A stretch of DNA of 64,000 nt. Source: Octopus sinensis. Its lineage: Eukaryota. The notes under the pieces are model-generated. The model saw nothing but the letters and a program-made list of their open reading frames with translations. It made no database searches and was not told where the DNA came from. Positions within the stretch are counted from its first letter, which is position 1. Every line of letters starts with the position of its first letter. Location: the NCBI RefSeq assembly GCF_006345805.1, contig NC_043012.1, forward strand, positions 44,330,001 to 44,394,000, in the 5' to 3' direction. The position numbers and the translations under genes are program-made. Positions 12,601 to 24,711 of this stretch are shown one piece after another.

Positions 12601-13155
12601 GAGTGAGAGAGCAGTGCATACCATCAAAGTAACACTGGGGTAAAATATACGAAGCCCAGTATACCCATCATGACAACCCGTCTGATAAGGGTACACAAGG
12701 CACATGCATCATAACCATATGTGTGCGACATGGTAATTTCATATTAAAATGAACAGCGCATGACCTTGCAGATGGGGCCCAGTTAGAATTTTCGTCAGGT
12801 TGAGTAGCCCATCCCGCTCAAAAGGTTCCTGAATAAGGGTTGTTTAAGGATATTGAACGAAGCACCTATGTTTCCAGAGGTGAATTATCCAAACCCCAAA
12901 GAATCCCTCTCAACACATGGCTATGATGCTCCACCACTACCTCTGCTCGTGATCAGAGATGCACATATCGTCAGCCACTATGGGATATGCCTAACTGGTT
13001 ATGGTCAAACAACTGACAAGCAAATCTGTGGTATTAAGCAGAATATTTGCTGTAGCCCATCTTTTATACCAAGACAAAACAATGTATATGATAACACTTC
13101 CAATCAGTTAAGATCAGAAGCCATGAGAGCCACTGCCTGGTACTGCATCAGGGCA
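12601..13155. mobile_element. About 555-bp interspersed element flanked on both sides by (ATT)n, copy 1
   Basis: High similarity to 13426-13966; partial copy at 47160-47330. Confidence 0.8.
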
Positions 13156-13183
13156 TTATTATTATTATTACTATTATTATTAA

Positions 13184-13219
<36 letters not shown>

Positions 13220-13238
13220 CATCATCATCATCATCATT

Positions 13239-13276
<38 letters not shown>

Positions 13277-13364
13277 TATTTTATGTTTGACTTTTCTTTA
13301 CATTTGTACAAGTTGGCTCCAAGTCTCACCCAGAGACCTTAAGAGACAACAAGTTGGAAGTTCA

Positions 13365-13425
<61 letters not shown>

Positions 13426-13966
13426 GAGTGAAAGAGCAGTGCATGCCATGAAAGTGACACTGGAGTAAAATATACGAAGCCCAGTATACCCATCATGACT
13501 ACCTGTCTGATAAGGGTACACTAGGCACATGCATCACAACCATATGTGCGCGACATGGTGATTTCATATCAAGATAAACAGCACATGACCTTGCAGGTGG
13601 GGCCCAGTTAGAATTTTCTTCTGGTCGAGTAACCCATCCCGCTCAAAAGGTCCCTGAATAAGGGTTGTTTAAGGATGTTGAACGAAACACCTATGTTTCC
13701 AGAGGTGAATTATTCAAACCCCAAAGAAAATCCCTCTCAACACATGGCTATGATGCTCCCCCACTACTTCTACTCATGATCAGAGATGCACATATCGTCA
13801 GCCACTAAGGGACATGCTCAACTGGTTAAAGTCAAACAACTGACAAGCAAATCTGTGGTATGGAGCAGAATATTTGCTGTAGTCCGTCTTTTATACCAAG
13901 ACAAAACAATGTACATGATAACACTTCCAATCAGTTAAGATCAGAAGCCATGAGAGCCAATGCCTG
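13426..13966. mobile_element. (ATT)n-flanked element, copy 2
   Basis: Same ends and internal sequence as 12601-13155, right end slightly truncated. Confidence 0.8.
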
Positions 13967-13994
13967 ATTATTATTATTATTATTATTATTATTA

Positions 13995-14037
<43 letters not shown>

Positions 14038-14185
14038 GGAGGTGAGCTGGCGGAGTTGTTAGCACGCTAGCCGGAATGCTTAGTGGTATTTCGCCCCTTC
14101 GCTACAATCTGAGTTCAAATTCCTTATTATTATTGTTGTTATCATTATTATTATTATTATATTCTTATTATTATTATTATTATTA

Positions 14186-14565
14186 CGGTGGCGAGCTGGC
14201 AGACTCGTTAGCACGCCGGGCGAAATGCGTAGCCGTCTTTCTTCTGTCGTTACGTTCTGAGTTCAAATTCCGCCGAGGTCGACTTTGCCTTTCATCCTTT
14301 CGGGGTCGATAAATTAAGTACCAGTTACGCACTGGGGTCGATGTAATCGACTCAATCCGTTTGTCTGTCCTTGTTTATCCCCTCAATATTTAGCCCCTTG
14401 TGGGTAATAAAGGAATAGGTATTTCATCTGCCGCTACGTTCTGAGTTCAAATTCCGCCGAGGTCGACTTTGCCTTTCATCCTTTCGAGAACACTGGGGTC
14501 GATGTAATGGACTGATCCCCTCCCCAAAAATTTCGGGCCTTATGCCTAGAGTAGAAAAGATTATT
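14186..14565 (+). mobile_element. SINE family B, dimeric form
   Basis: GGTGGCGAGCTGGCAGAC head, two CORE-like units. Confidence 0.85.
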
Positions 14566-14845
14566 ATAATTATTGGTGGTGGTGGGGGGGGGGTAGTAGT
14601 AGTAGTAGTAGTAGTAGTAACAACAACAACAATAGCTGTAGCCGTTGAGGTACGATAGACAAAGAGGCTAGTGGTGAGTGAAATGATTGTGAGGGTCGCT
14701 TCTTGCTGCAAATTCAAGGTCAATAACTGTCGAAGTCAACGCCATTACACCTATCATCATTATTAATCACCGTTATCATTTTCACTGCGAACATTAATTA
14801 TCTCAAATTATTGTTAATCGATACATCGCCACTTGCGGCATGCCC

Positions 14846-14873
14846 AAGTTCTGATCTCTCTCTCTCTCTCTCC

Positions 14874-14904
<31 letters not shown>

Positions 14905-14909
14905 CTCCC

Positions 14910-14953
<44 letters not shown>

Positions 14954-15135
14954 CTCTCTCTCCCTCTCTCTCTCCCTCTCTCTCTCCCTCTCTCTCTCCC
15001 TCTCTGTCTTTCTCTCTCTATCTATCTATCTCTTTTCTTCTCTCTCTCTCTCTCTCTATTTATTTATCTGTCTCTCGTTTTCTCTCTCTCTCCCCCTCTC
15101 TCTCTCTCTCTCTCTCTCTCCCTGTCCCTCTCTTT
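14846..15135. repeat. (CT)n polypyrimidine microsatellite
   Basis: Directly visible. Confidence 0.97.
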
Positions 15136-15140
15136 ATCTT

Positions 15141-15305
15141 TAGGTGCAGGCGTGGCTGCGTGGTAAGAAGCTTGCTCCCAAACCACACGGTTCCGAGTTC
15201 AGTCCCACTGCGTGGCACCTTGAGCAAGTGTCTTCTACTATAATCTCGGGACGACCAAAGCCTTGTGAGTGGATTCGGTGCACGGAAACTGAAAGAAGCC
15301 GCTCG

Positions 15306-15370
<65 letters not shown>

Positions 15371-15640
15371 TGTGTGTGTGCGTGTGTATATGTGTGTCTG
15401 TGCTATCCTAGACAAATTAGTCCTGCCATTTGTCAAAACTTCGTGTATGTTATTTGGTACGAATTTATGACAATGTTGATATATTTACGACCCCGTAACT
15501 TAGCGGTTCGGCAAAAGACACCGACAGAATAAGTATTATGCTTACAAAGAATAAGTCCTGGAGTCGATTTGTTCGACTAAAGGCTGTGCTGCAGCATGGC
15601 CGCAGTGAAATGACTGAAACAAGTAAAAGAATAAAAGAAT
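15141..15640 (+). mobile_element. SINE family A (3' half duplicated at 16271-16539)
   Basis: Head at 15141, (GT)n interior, tail GTAAAAGAATAAAAGAA. Confidence 0.85.
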
Positions 15641-16074
15641 ATATACGTCTATATCTTTCGTTCTCTTTCTACCTATCTCTGTATCTGTCTCGGTCTCTTG
15701 TTTACGCCATTTCTAAAACCGCACTTCTTCCCATTTATTGGTTCCGTTTAGAAATGTGCTTCATTAATCAATTGCAATTGATGCAATGATATCGATGGAC
15801 TTTCTGCTTTAGTAAGAAATTGCCATCATTGCTACTACTGGCACTCCACGTGGTTGCTGCGCCTGCTAGAAATATTAGCGAAGATTTCTCAAATAAAGAA
15901 AAAATACAGTGTGTATGAAGAAAAAAGGAGAGTATCGTGATCATGGATCTGCTCTGACAGCCCTTTGGCTAAACCAGCGGTTCCTAACCTTTTCACTATC
16001 AAGGACTCCTTTTATTTAAATGAGTTTCCCACGGACCCATTTAATATGCTTATCCTTGTGTGTGTGTGTGTGGT

Positions 16075-16115
<41 letters not shown>

Positions 16116-16173
16116 TGTGTGCGTTGTGTGTGCGTTGTGTGTGCGTGCGTGCGTGCGTGCGTGCGTGCTTATG

Positions 16174-16205
<32 letters not shown>

Positions 16206-16235
16206 TGAGTGCGTGCGTGCGTGCGTGCGTGCGTG

Positions 16236-16270
<35 letters not shown>

Positions 16271-16956
16271 TTGTGTGTGCGTGTGTATATGTGTGTCTGT
16301 GCTATCCTAGACAAATTAGTCCTGCCATTTGTCAAAACTTCGTGTATGTTATTTGGTACGAATTTATGACAATGTTGATATATTTACGACCCCGTAACTT
16401 AGCGGTTCGGCAAAAGACACCGACAGAATAAGTATTATGCTTACAAAGAATAAGTCCTGGAGTCGATTTGTTCGACTAAAGGCTGTGCTGCAGCATGGCC
16501 GCAGTGAAATGACTGAAACAAGTAAAAGAATAAAAGAATATATACGTCTATATCTTTCGTTCTCTTTCTACCTATCTCTGTATCTGTCTCGGTCTCTTGT
16601 TTACGCCATTTCTAAAACCGCACTTCTTCCCATTTATTGGTTCCGTTTAGAAATGTGCTTCATTAATCAATTGCAATTGATGCAATGATATCGATGGACT
16701 TTCTGCTTTAGTAAGAAATTGCCATCATTGCTACTACTGGCACTCCACGTGGTTGCTGCGCCTGCTAGAAATATTAGCGAAAGATTTCTCAAATAAAGAA
16801 AAATACAGTGTGTATGAAGAAAAAAGGAGAGTATCGTGATCATGGATCTGCTCTGACAGCCCTTTGGCTAAACCAGCGGTTCCTAACCTTTTCACTATCA
16901 AGGACTCCTTTTATTTAAATGAGTTTTCCCACGGACCCATTTTAATATGCTTATCC

Positions 16957-17032
<76 letters not shown>

Positions 17033-17077
17033 GTGTGCGTGTGTGTGCGTGCGTGCGTGCGTGCGTGCGTGCTTATG

Positions 17078-17176
<99 letters not shown>

Positions 17177-17205
17177 TTGTGTGTGCGTGTGTGTATATAT
17201 GTGTG
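15372..17205 (+). repeat. About 899-bp direct tandem duplication
   Basis: Identical ORFs at 15538 and 16437, and at 15965 and 16864 (offset 899). Breakpoints lie in GT-rich microsatellites. Confidence 0.92.
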
Positions 17206-17291
17206 TGAAATTTTGAATTTAGTTCACGCACCCCTAGTACTACCTTTGCGGACCACCAGGGGGTCAACGGACCACAGGTTGGGAACCTCTG
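16874..17291 (+). mobile_element. hAT (Charlie-like) MITE with internal (GT)n/(GCGT)n
   Basis: TIRs CAGCGGTTCCTAACCT / AGGTTGGGAACCTCTG; 8-bp flanks GGCTAAAC / GTCTAGAC (6/8 match, NTCTAGAN-like). Confidence 0.8.
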
Positions 17292-17804
17292 GTCTAGACA
17301 ATAGCAACAACAATTGTTTGTATTTATAATGATTTTCTTCAAACAAAAAAGTCAGAAGCGAAAGAGTGCCGGACCACAAAAACAAAAGCACACACACAAC
17401 ATACATACATACATACATACATACATACATACATACATACATACATACATACAACATACATACATACATTATTTATTTATTTATTTATGTTCCTCTACAA
17501 TCTGTGTTGAAATAACACTCGGGTAAACCTCGTCCTTCATCTTTGCAAGATCGTTAAAAGTAGCAGTCACGTGGTACTTGTCCAGTATACTTTCTCCTCG
17601 GTGTCTACGATCTTGAATTAACGTTAAAACTCAATTTGAGTTTCATTCTTGAATCTGATTGATTCTGAGTCCGATTCGAAATGCATTTAACCTTTCTAGG
17701 TTAACAAAATAAACACCAGTAATACACTTGGTCAGTCCAGCGACCAGAACCACTAAATTATTCAAGAAACAAACTGTGAGTTTGCGGGTGGGAGATTACA
17801 TATT

Positions 17805-17995
17805 AAGGCGGCGAGCTGGCAGACAAAATGCTTAGCAGCAATTCGTCCGACTTTACTGTTTAAGTTCAAACTCTACAGAGGCCAACTTTGCCGTTCATCC
17901 TTTCAAGGTCCACGAAATAAGTACCAGTTGTGCCCTGGGGTTGATGAAATCGACTATCCCCTCCCCCAAAATTTATGCCTAAAGTTGAAAGGATT
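17805..17995 (+). mobile_element. SINE family B monomer
   Basis: GGCGGCGAGCTGGCAGA head and CORE-like body. Confidence 0.75.
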
Positions 17996-18062
17996 GCGAG
18001 CTAGCAGAGTCGTATGGGTTCATTCATTCTTTCGGGAGTGATAAAATGCCACTTTATATTTT

Positions 18063-18063
<1 letters not shown>

Positions 18064-18129
<66 letters not shown>

Positions 18130-18150
18130 ATCTCCCTCTCTCTCTCCCTC

Positions 18151-18197
<47 letters not shown>

Positions 18198-18198
18198 A
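18064..18198. repeat. (CT)n microsatellite
   Basis: Directly visible. Confidence 0.97.
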
Positions 18199-18967
18199 CT
18201 CTGGATATTCTCCTGGATCAGGGGTGGGAAGGTCGAGAAGGTGACTGTGTCTGCCTGTGACTTGACACCTAAAAGTATAAGCGAAAGTAATGCTGACACA
18301 ATATTCTCGAGGTGGAGTGTGTGTGTTTGCATGTGTGTGTGTGTGTGTGTGTTAAGGAACTGCGACGAATTTACTCTGCCGATAAAAAAATATGACGATG
18401 AATTTCAACTGTTACCGATGTAAATAACCAGGCGATGTATTTATATTCCCGTCGGAAGTTGATGTTACATTTCACATCTCCTGAACTTATTAAACAGTAC
18501 TCATTCGCTATTATATATATATTTGCTTACCCCAGATTAAAAAAAATTCATTGTAATATGATGGTGGTGGAATCAGGACGGATTAAGGCCAACTGATGCC
18601 CCAGGCACATCCCAACAATGGTGTCCACTCCACCCTCTCATCATCTAACTACAAGGGATGAATGAAAAATAAGAGATTATAAATTCAGTTTTCTTCCTTT
18701 TTTAAAGTTTATTTTACACCCAAGAGCGTTAAGCAACATGAGCTATTTTTATATATAACGAGCTAGGACATGTATGTAGGAAAATACAAACTTTTAACCT
18801 TTCTCCTATAAATATTTTACTTTCAAGATATTTCACAATTTGCAACAGTGTGAATCCGGTTCAAAAATAAATCCTGTTTTTTCTTCTTCCCATGGTTCCC
18901 TGAGCATGTTCCTGTTTTGTTTAATGGTTAATTAATCCACCTCTCGATATTAGTGTTATATCCTTTT

Positions 18968-19360
18968 CTACTCTAAGCACAAGGCCCGAAATTTGGGGGG
19001 GAGGGGCCCAGTCGATTATATCGACCTTGGTGCGTAACTGGTACTTAATTTATCGACCCCCGAAGGGATGACAGATAAAGTCGACCCCAGCGGCTTTTGA
19101 ACTCAGAACGTAAAGACAGACGAAATACCTATTTATTTACTACCCACAAGAAGCTAAACACAGAGAGGACAGACAAGGACAAACAAACGGATTAAGTCGA
19201 TTACATCGACCCCAGTGCGTAACTGGTACTTATTTAATCGACCCCTGAAAGGATGAAAAGCAAAGTCGACCTCGGCGGAATTTGAACTCAGAACGTAACG
19301 GCAAACGAAATACGGCTACGTATTTCGCCCGGCGTGCTGACGTTTCTGCCAGCTCGCCGC
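18968..19360 (-). mobile_element. SINE family B, dimeric form
   Basis: Nearly the same sequence as 10322-10718. Confidence 0.85.
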
Positions 19361-19892
19361 CTTCTCTTGATATTAGTGTTATATTCGAAGCGGTCATACT
19401 GGCATGGTGCTGTAAATTCTACGTGAAACGTTTTACGGATCTTCGATTTTTCAAAAACTATAATATCATTGTTACAAGCGAAAGTTCCCACACACGACGG
19501 AAAGAGGATCAGAGAAGTTGTAAAGCAAATCCCTATTTTTACTATCTTCACCTCTCCCTTTATTTTCCCCTCTTAACTCAGTACGACTGAAACCTTGAGG
19601 ATATTCATTTCTTGTCGACCACTACTTGCACTAATGAGCTTTGTACATTCAAACAAATTTATACACAGTTTCAATATTGTTGACTGTTATAAACTTGTCA
19701 ACATTGAAACTTTTTAAGATTTTTTTCTAATTCATAATTCTAAATTTTTACCATTGATAAACAAAAAATATTGTTGAAACTAGTTTGGTATATGTGTAAA
19801 ATTTATTTTAAACAGATACATGTTTTTCAAATTTAAGTGCATTTTCAACTACAAATTTGCCTATATTTTTCCTGCGTGGAAATACACCCCCT

Positions 19893-19920
<28 letters not shown>

Positions 19921-19923
<3 letters not shown>

Positions 19924-20031
19924 CTTTATTTAAAGCAGCAGAATTTTCTAGCAAAAACTGTCCGATGAACGGCAACGCGAAACTCAGAGTAACAGGTTTT
20001 GTAGAATTTTCTGCTGATTTAAATAAAGCAT
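19921..20031 (+). ncRNA. Minimal type I hammerhead-ribozyme-like motif (core variant CCGAUGA) with long stem I
   Basis: CCGATGA 19962-68; stem II ACG-GCAA-CGC; GAAA 19979-82; palindromic stem III ACTC-A-GAGT; GTA cleavage triplet 19989-91; stem I of about 40 bp between 19921-19961 and 19992-20031. Confidence 0.7.
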
Positions 20032-20119
20032 ATTACTCTACCACTGGTATTTGAGTACTCTTGTTTCCCACCTTGTTTCACATTTATGTGTTTACTCCGG
20101 TATATATATATATATATAC

Positions 20120-20733
20120 GCGACTGTGAAGATTTGCATCCCCAACGTAAAACTTATAATGTAATACATGTCCTTGAAGTAGTAATTGTACGCGGCTGAA
20201 GAAGGCCATAGACACACATTATGCATTGTTATAAATCCGTCTAATAAAGGCCCGAAACATATGTACCACTGAATCCTTGGCATCGTGTTTTTATTTTGAT
20301 TATTATACTCCACCACCTACACCACTAAATGGTATATACAGGTGCTTACAATTATCAAGTATTCACCCTGAATTTATATATATACATATACATATATACA
20401 TGGGTTCACGCGTACTTTGTCAATATAGAGAGGATCTCTACCTATTTAGAGGAACTGACTACCGGATTCATTCCTCAAGTGATCATAGTTGCCACATAGT
20501 ACCGCATGCAAGAAACTCCTACAATGTCTCACTACAGACACCGCCAAAACCCATTGATCCAATAGCACTTTTCCTCGATTGTATTTCCATCTGGATTACG
20601 TCATTTGTCTATCTCTACGATCGTCCCAGGACCACATATCTACATTGGATAACGAATTAGGTCACCTGCGCAGTTCCCTTATGTAGTACTTTTTCAAAAA
20701 TATCCCATCTACTGTGTGAAACTGAAAAGATCC
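20120..20733 (-). pseudogene. Merlin/IS1016-family transposase remnant
   Basis: Minus-strand frames give CGPGTIVEIDK, RWKYNRGKVLLDQWV, GGVCSET and WWSIIIKIK, matching the Merlin GGPG-x-VEIDE...KYNRG...WVFGG signature. Frameshifted. Confidence 0.75.
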
Positions 20734-20804
20734 ATTTTTACGAGAAGCTGGGAATGAATGAAAAAGAGAACATAATACTTCCGTTAAAATCCTTCGTTAC
20801 TTAC

Positions 20805-20853
20805 GAATATTTTTCCTGGTGTTGCAGTAAAAAATCAAATCTATATATTTGGT
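20805..20853 (-). CDS. Candidate 49-nt exon (unassigned)
   Basis: ATTTAATTTTCAG acceptor and GTAAGT donor; two frames open. No homology recognised. Confidence 0.2.
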
Positions 20854-21900
20854 CTGAAAATTAAATCTATCAAGTGAAAGAATTAAGAAAAGAAAAAATC
20901 AGTGATAGCGATCATTTGTTTGTCAGAAAAAAAATGTATTGAACACGTTAGCTAGGAATGTAACTAATATGAAATGCGTTATTCTTCAAGAATCCTCACG
21001 AACAAAGATTCCATTGCCAAACGACTGAGTGAACATGATTGGGAGTCATTTTATCATCATCGGTAAATTCATCGTCAGATTTTTACATCATCAAAACTTT
21101 GAATTTTATATTTGCTGAGTAAATACTTCACACTTCATTAACAATGAAAAACTAATTCAAAGACAATTATTTATATAAAATTCATTCAATATATCTATGT
21201 AAAATGAACTCAAAGCTTGTTTTTAAAAACAGAATCACAAACGAAAAAAATGCATTTAAAAAGATAACGCAATATCAAGTCGAAGGGAGAAAGAAACATT
21301 CTAAAACGACGGTTTATGAGTAATGGTTTCTTAAAATAACCGAGTATTTCGTTATCGTTTTTATATTAATCGATTACATGTTGAAGGTTTGCGACACTGC
21401 TTTAGCTTTGTCTTTGCAATGGGAAACTTCTGTCCCGGTCATAGATTCGATTATTACTTCGTTTCTTAACTGTTCCTTCTTTGTGCTTACAAAGAATTTC
21501 TAGATTGTGGGCTGGGATGCCTTCATTAATCCATTACTTTTTAATGGGTGACGGTGTTCAGAGCTAACCTCTGGTTATCAACAACATTGTTCGTGATCTC
21601 TTGTTATTTTTACCTCTGATTGAGCAGACCTATAATCAAAGGCATTCCAACCATGACCTTCATATCTTATTATGAATACATTGGACTACGTTATCCAACA
21701 TATTCTTTATTTTTAAGTTGCTAGTGTTTGAATTGAAGGAGATTTGGCTGCTTTTTTCTCGCACACCATACTCCCTTACAGAGATTCGATCATGGTCTGT
21801 TCGAGTTAAAAATGTTCTTGTCTAATTCTGAGCCCCAGTTGTTGTCATACACATAGTTAATGTTCTTGGGGAAATGAATGGTAGTCTCATTTCTTATTAA

Positions 21901-22050
21901 CCCCTTGAAGAGGAGAAGTGATACTGACCGCATCGAAACACTGTGTGTGTGAGCAGTGCGATGTCTCGTTCTGCGCGGCACCATATTTTCAAATATACCA
22001 TACTGAGAAGATTCTGTAAATACACTGTAAAATCCCTTGTATGAAAAAGG
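21901..22050 (+). mobile_element. piggyBac-like fragment (terminus plus C-terminal cysteine-rich domain)
   Basis: TTAA|CCC junction at 21897-21903; CEQCDVSFCAAPYFQIYHTEKIL* (21948-22019) resembles the piggyBac CRD end. Confidence 0.55.
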
Positions 22051-22054
22051 ATGT

Positions 22055-23172
22055 TTGCGTTGGCAAGAAAGTAATTTCGTTTTTCGAAAATAAATAGACT
22101 TAGAATTTTTTGGAAAGACTTTTGTCAATGTTATGATGATTTTTTTTTTCCTTTCTGAGGTTTGATAGCCGTTACTTTTAGCTTACTTTAGAGGAAAATT
22201 GCACGTAATTTTGTTTATAACTGTTAGTTCAGTGTCAGTTTTAACATGGAGTACAAAAACGAACATTTTCGCCATATTTTGCTTTTTTATTTCCGTAAAG
22301 GCAAGAAAGCTGTCGAGGCTCACAAAGAGATGTGTGAAGTTTATGGTGTTGATTGCTTAACAGAACACATATGTCAGAAATGGTTTTAAAAATTCCCTTC
22401 TGGAGATTCTTCATTCAAAGATGACCAACGTTCTGGTCGACCTACTGAAGTTGATGATGACCGAATCAAAGCCATAATTGAATTTAATTGCCATATAACT
22501 GGTGTGAGAGATTGCAGAGAGGTTAAATGTATCACATTCAACAACTGAAAATCACTTAAAATGTCTTGGATCCATTAAGAAGCTCGATATTTGGGTTCCA
22601 TATAAATTGAAAGAGATTCACTTAACGAATCAATATTTGCGATATGCATCTCAAACGCAATGAAATCGACCTTCTTTTTGAAACGAATCATCACTGGTGA
22701 TGAAAAATGGATTGTCTGCAATAACATCAATCGAAAACAATTATGGTCCAAATGTAATTAACCAGCATAAACTGCATCGAAGTCTGAATTGCATCAAAAA
22801 AGACCATGCTGTCAATTTGATGGGATTACAAAGGTGTTGTGTATTTTGGGCTGCTTCCAAAGAACCAAACGATCAATTCAGATGTTTACTGCTGACAACT
22901 AATAAAACTAGAGGAAACAATAAAAAAAAACTGCCAGAATTGGCAAATCATAAAGGAATCATGTTCCACCATGACAATGCTAGACCACACACGTCTTTGC
23001 TAACTCGTGAAAAATTATTGGAGCTTGGTTGGGAAGTGATGTCACATCCGTCATATAGCTCTGACCTTGCATCATTAAATTACCATTTATCTTGAAGTTT
23101 GAAAAATTTTTTGAATGATGAAACTTTTAATAATGATAATGACCTGAAATTGTGCTTGCTTCAGTTTTTGGC
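22055..23172 (+). mobile_element. Mariner (D,D34D) element, 3'-truncated, transposase pseudogene from ATG 22246
   Basis: TIR-like TTGGCAAGAAAGTAATTTCG; MEYKNEHFRHILLFYFRKGKKA, RSGRP, WVPYKL, ITGDEKW, HHDNARPH, HPSYSSDLA motifs; stops and frameshifts. Confidence 0.92.
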
Positions 23173-23187
23173 AATTTTGCATAATTG

Positions 23188-23400
23188 CTAATGTTTTACA
23201 GTTGCATGGACTTTTACAAGTTGATGGCTACAGGGAAAATGGATGAGGAAGGAATTCCAGAGGATTGATGTTATGTGAAGGAAGGACTGGACAAACAGCT
23301 CAGTATGGTGCTTGGGCTTGATAGACAGAATATGGTTGTCAAGAGACAAAGAGTTGAGTGAGTCAGGAATGCCTAAGTGGCAGGTGTACAAGATTGCCAG
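23188..23400 (-). mobile_element. LINE RT C-terminal remnant (CR1/L2/Jockey-like)
   Basis: QSFLHITSILWNSF resembles the SF..RT..LWNSLP end motif of these ORF2 proteins. Confidence 0.45.
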
Positions 23401-23450
23401 CTCAGAGGAGGAGAAGTTATGTTAGTGATATTATAAATCCAGTATTTTAT

Positions 23451-24101
23451 ATTGGATCCCTAGGCCCATAAGGACCCCATGCCCAGTGTACCCCTGCCTT
23501 GAGATGGCAGTCACCATTCTAGATGTGGGAGCCTTGTCCAGTGTGGATCTCAAATGAGAGTAGAATGTATGATTTTGTGTAATTCAGACCACTTCATTGT
23601 CCCAGTGGACAAAATGGAAAAGGTATTACCCCAGAGAATGGTGAGGGAGCTGAGCTGGAACAGCCACTCTGGCTCATAGCTTTCTTCATCCCAATAGTGG
23701 GGAGCAGGGATATAGTCAGGGAGCTGAGAGCACCAGAGGTCTCCACTGTCACAGGCTCATAAACTTGTCAGAGGGCAAAGGTAGGAGACAGCATTTGCAT
23801 GAACCTAAGCACAGAGTGTGTTAGCAAGCAACTAGATGATAATCAATCAGGTGATTGATTTAAGATTGTATACAACAACACCATCCTGTCTTAGCAGCAC
23901 CATGAACCCACTGGCAAATCAGTGCACTGGACCCTGTAGTATTTATTTATTGACTGCTAGCAACAGAGTACATAGATCACAATTGGACCCCTAGGCCCAT
24001 AGATCACAATTGGACCTCCAGGCCCAGTGTGCTCCTGCCATGAGGTAGCACTGTCACCATTCTAAATGTGGGAGCCTTCACCAGTATGGATTTCAAATGA
24101 G
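23451..24101 (+). repeat. Diverged direct repeat of about 110 bp (23451-23558 and 23982-24101)
   Basis: Shared ATTGGA.CCCTAGGCCCA...CCCAGTGT...TCACCATTCTA.ATGTGGGAGCCTT...CAAATGAG. Confidence 0.75.
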
Positions 24102-24327
24102 TTTTGTAAAGGATTTCAAGTCTAAAATACAAGCTAACAGTGAATCAAACCCTGACCAATTTTCTATTCAAAGTTTGAGTAATTTCATACCATTTTGATA
24201 CTCTTGGGAATGGTACAAGCTTCAGACACATTTCTACCACCATTCTTACAAATTTCAGATGTGGACCACATGAGAAATCAATAATTTTTTCATTAGATCA
24301 AAGGTCATGTTCATAAATAGAGCTGCT

Positions 24328-24502
<175 letters not shown>

Positions 24503-24711
24503 TGTGAAACATCATAACACCTTATCTCCCTTCCATCTCATAACTCCATTCCTGTCTCAGAAACCAGTTGTGTTGCTATTGTTATCTGTTACTATTGTTG
24601 ATCAGCCCTGTAATCAAAGGCACTCTGATCACGACCATCTCATCTGTTTTAGGTTTATGTAGGACTACCTTTGCCAAATTAATCAATGTATTGTATATTC
24701 AAAAATAGTGA

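Noticed and set aside
20092-20316. Minus-strand ORF resembling a GPCR TM5 segment (YYIISFTLGMQIFTVAY)
   Set aside because: No GPCR signature; lies within the C-terminal part of the Merlin transposase remnant and ends in a TA repeat.
22041-22076. Apparent first exon ATGTTTGCGTTGGCAAGAAA|GTAATT (MFALAR)
   Set aside because: Overlaps the mariner 5' terminal inverted repeat, so it is better explained as transposon sequence.
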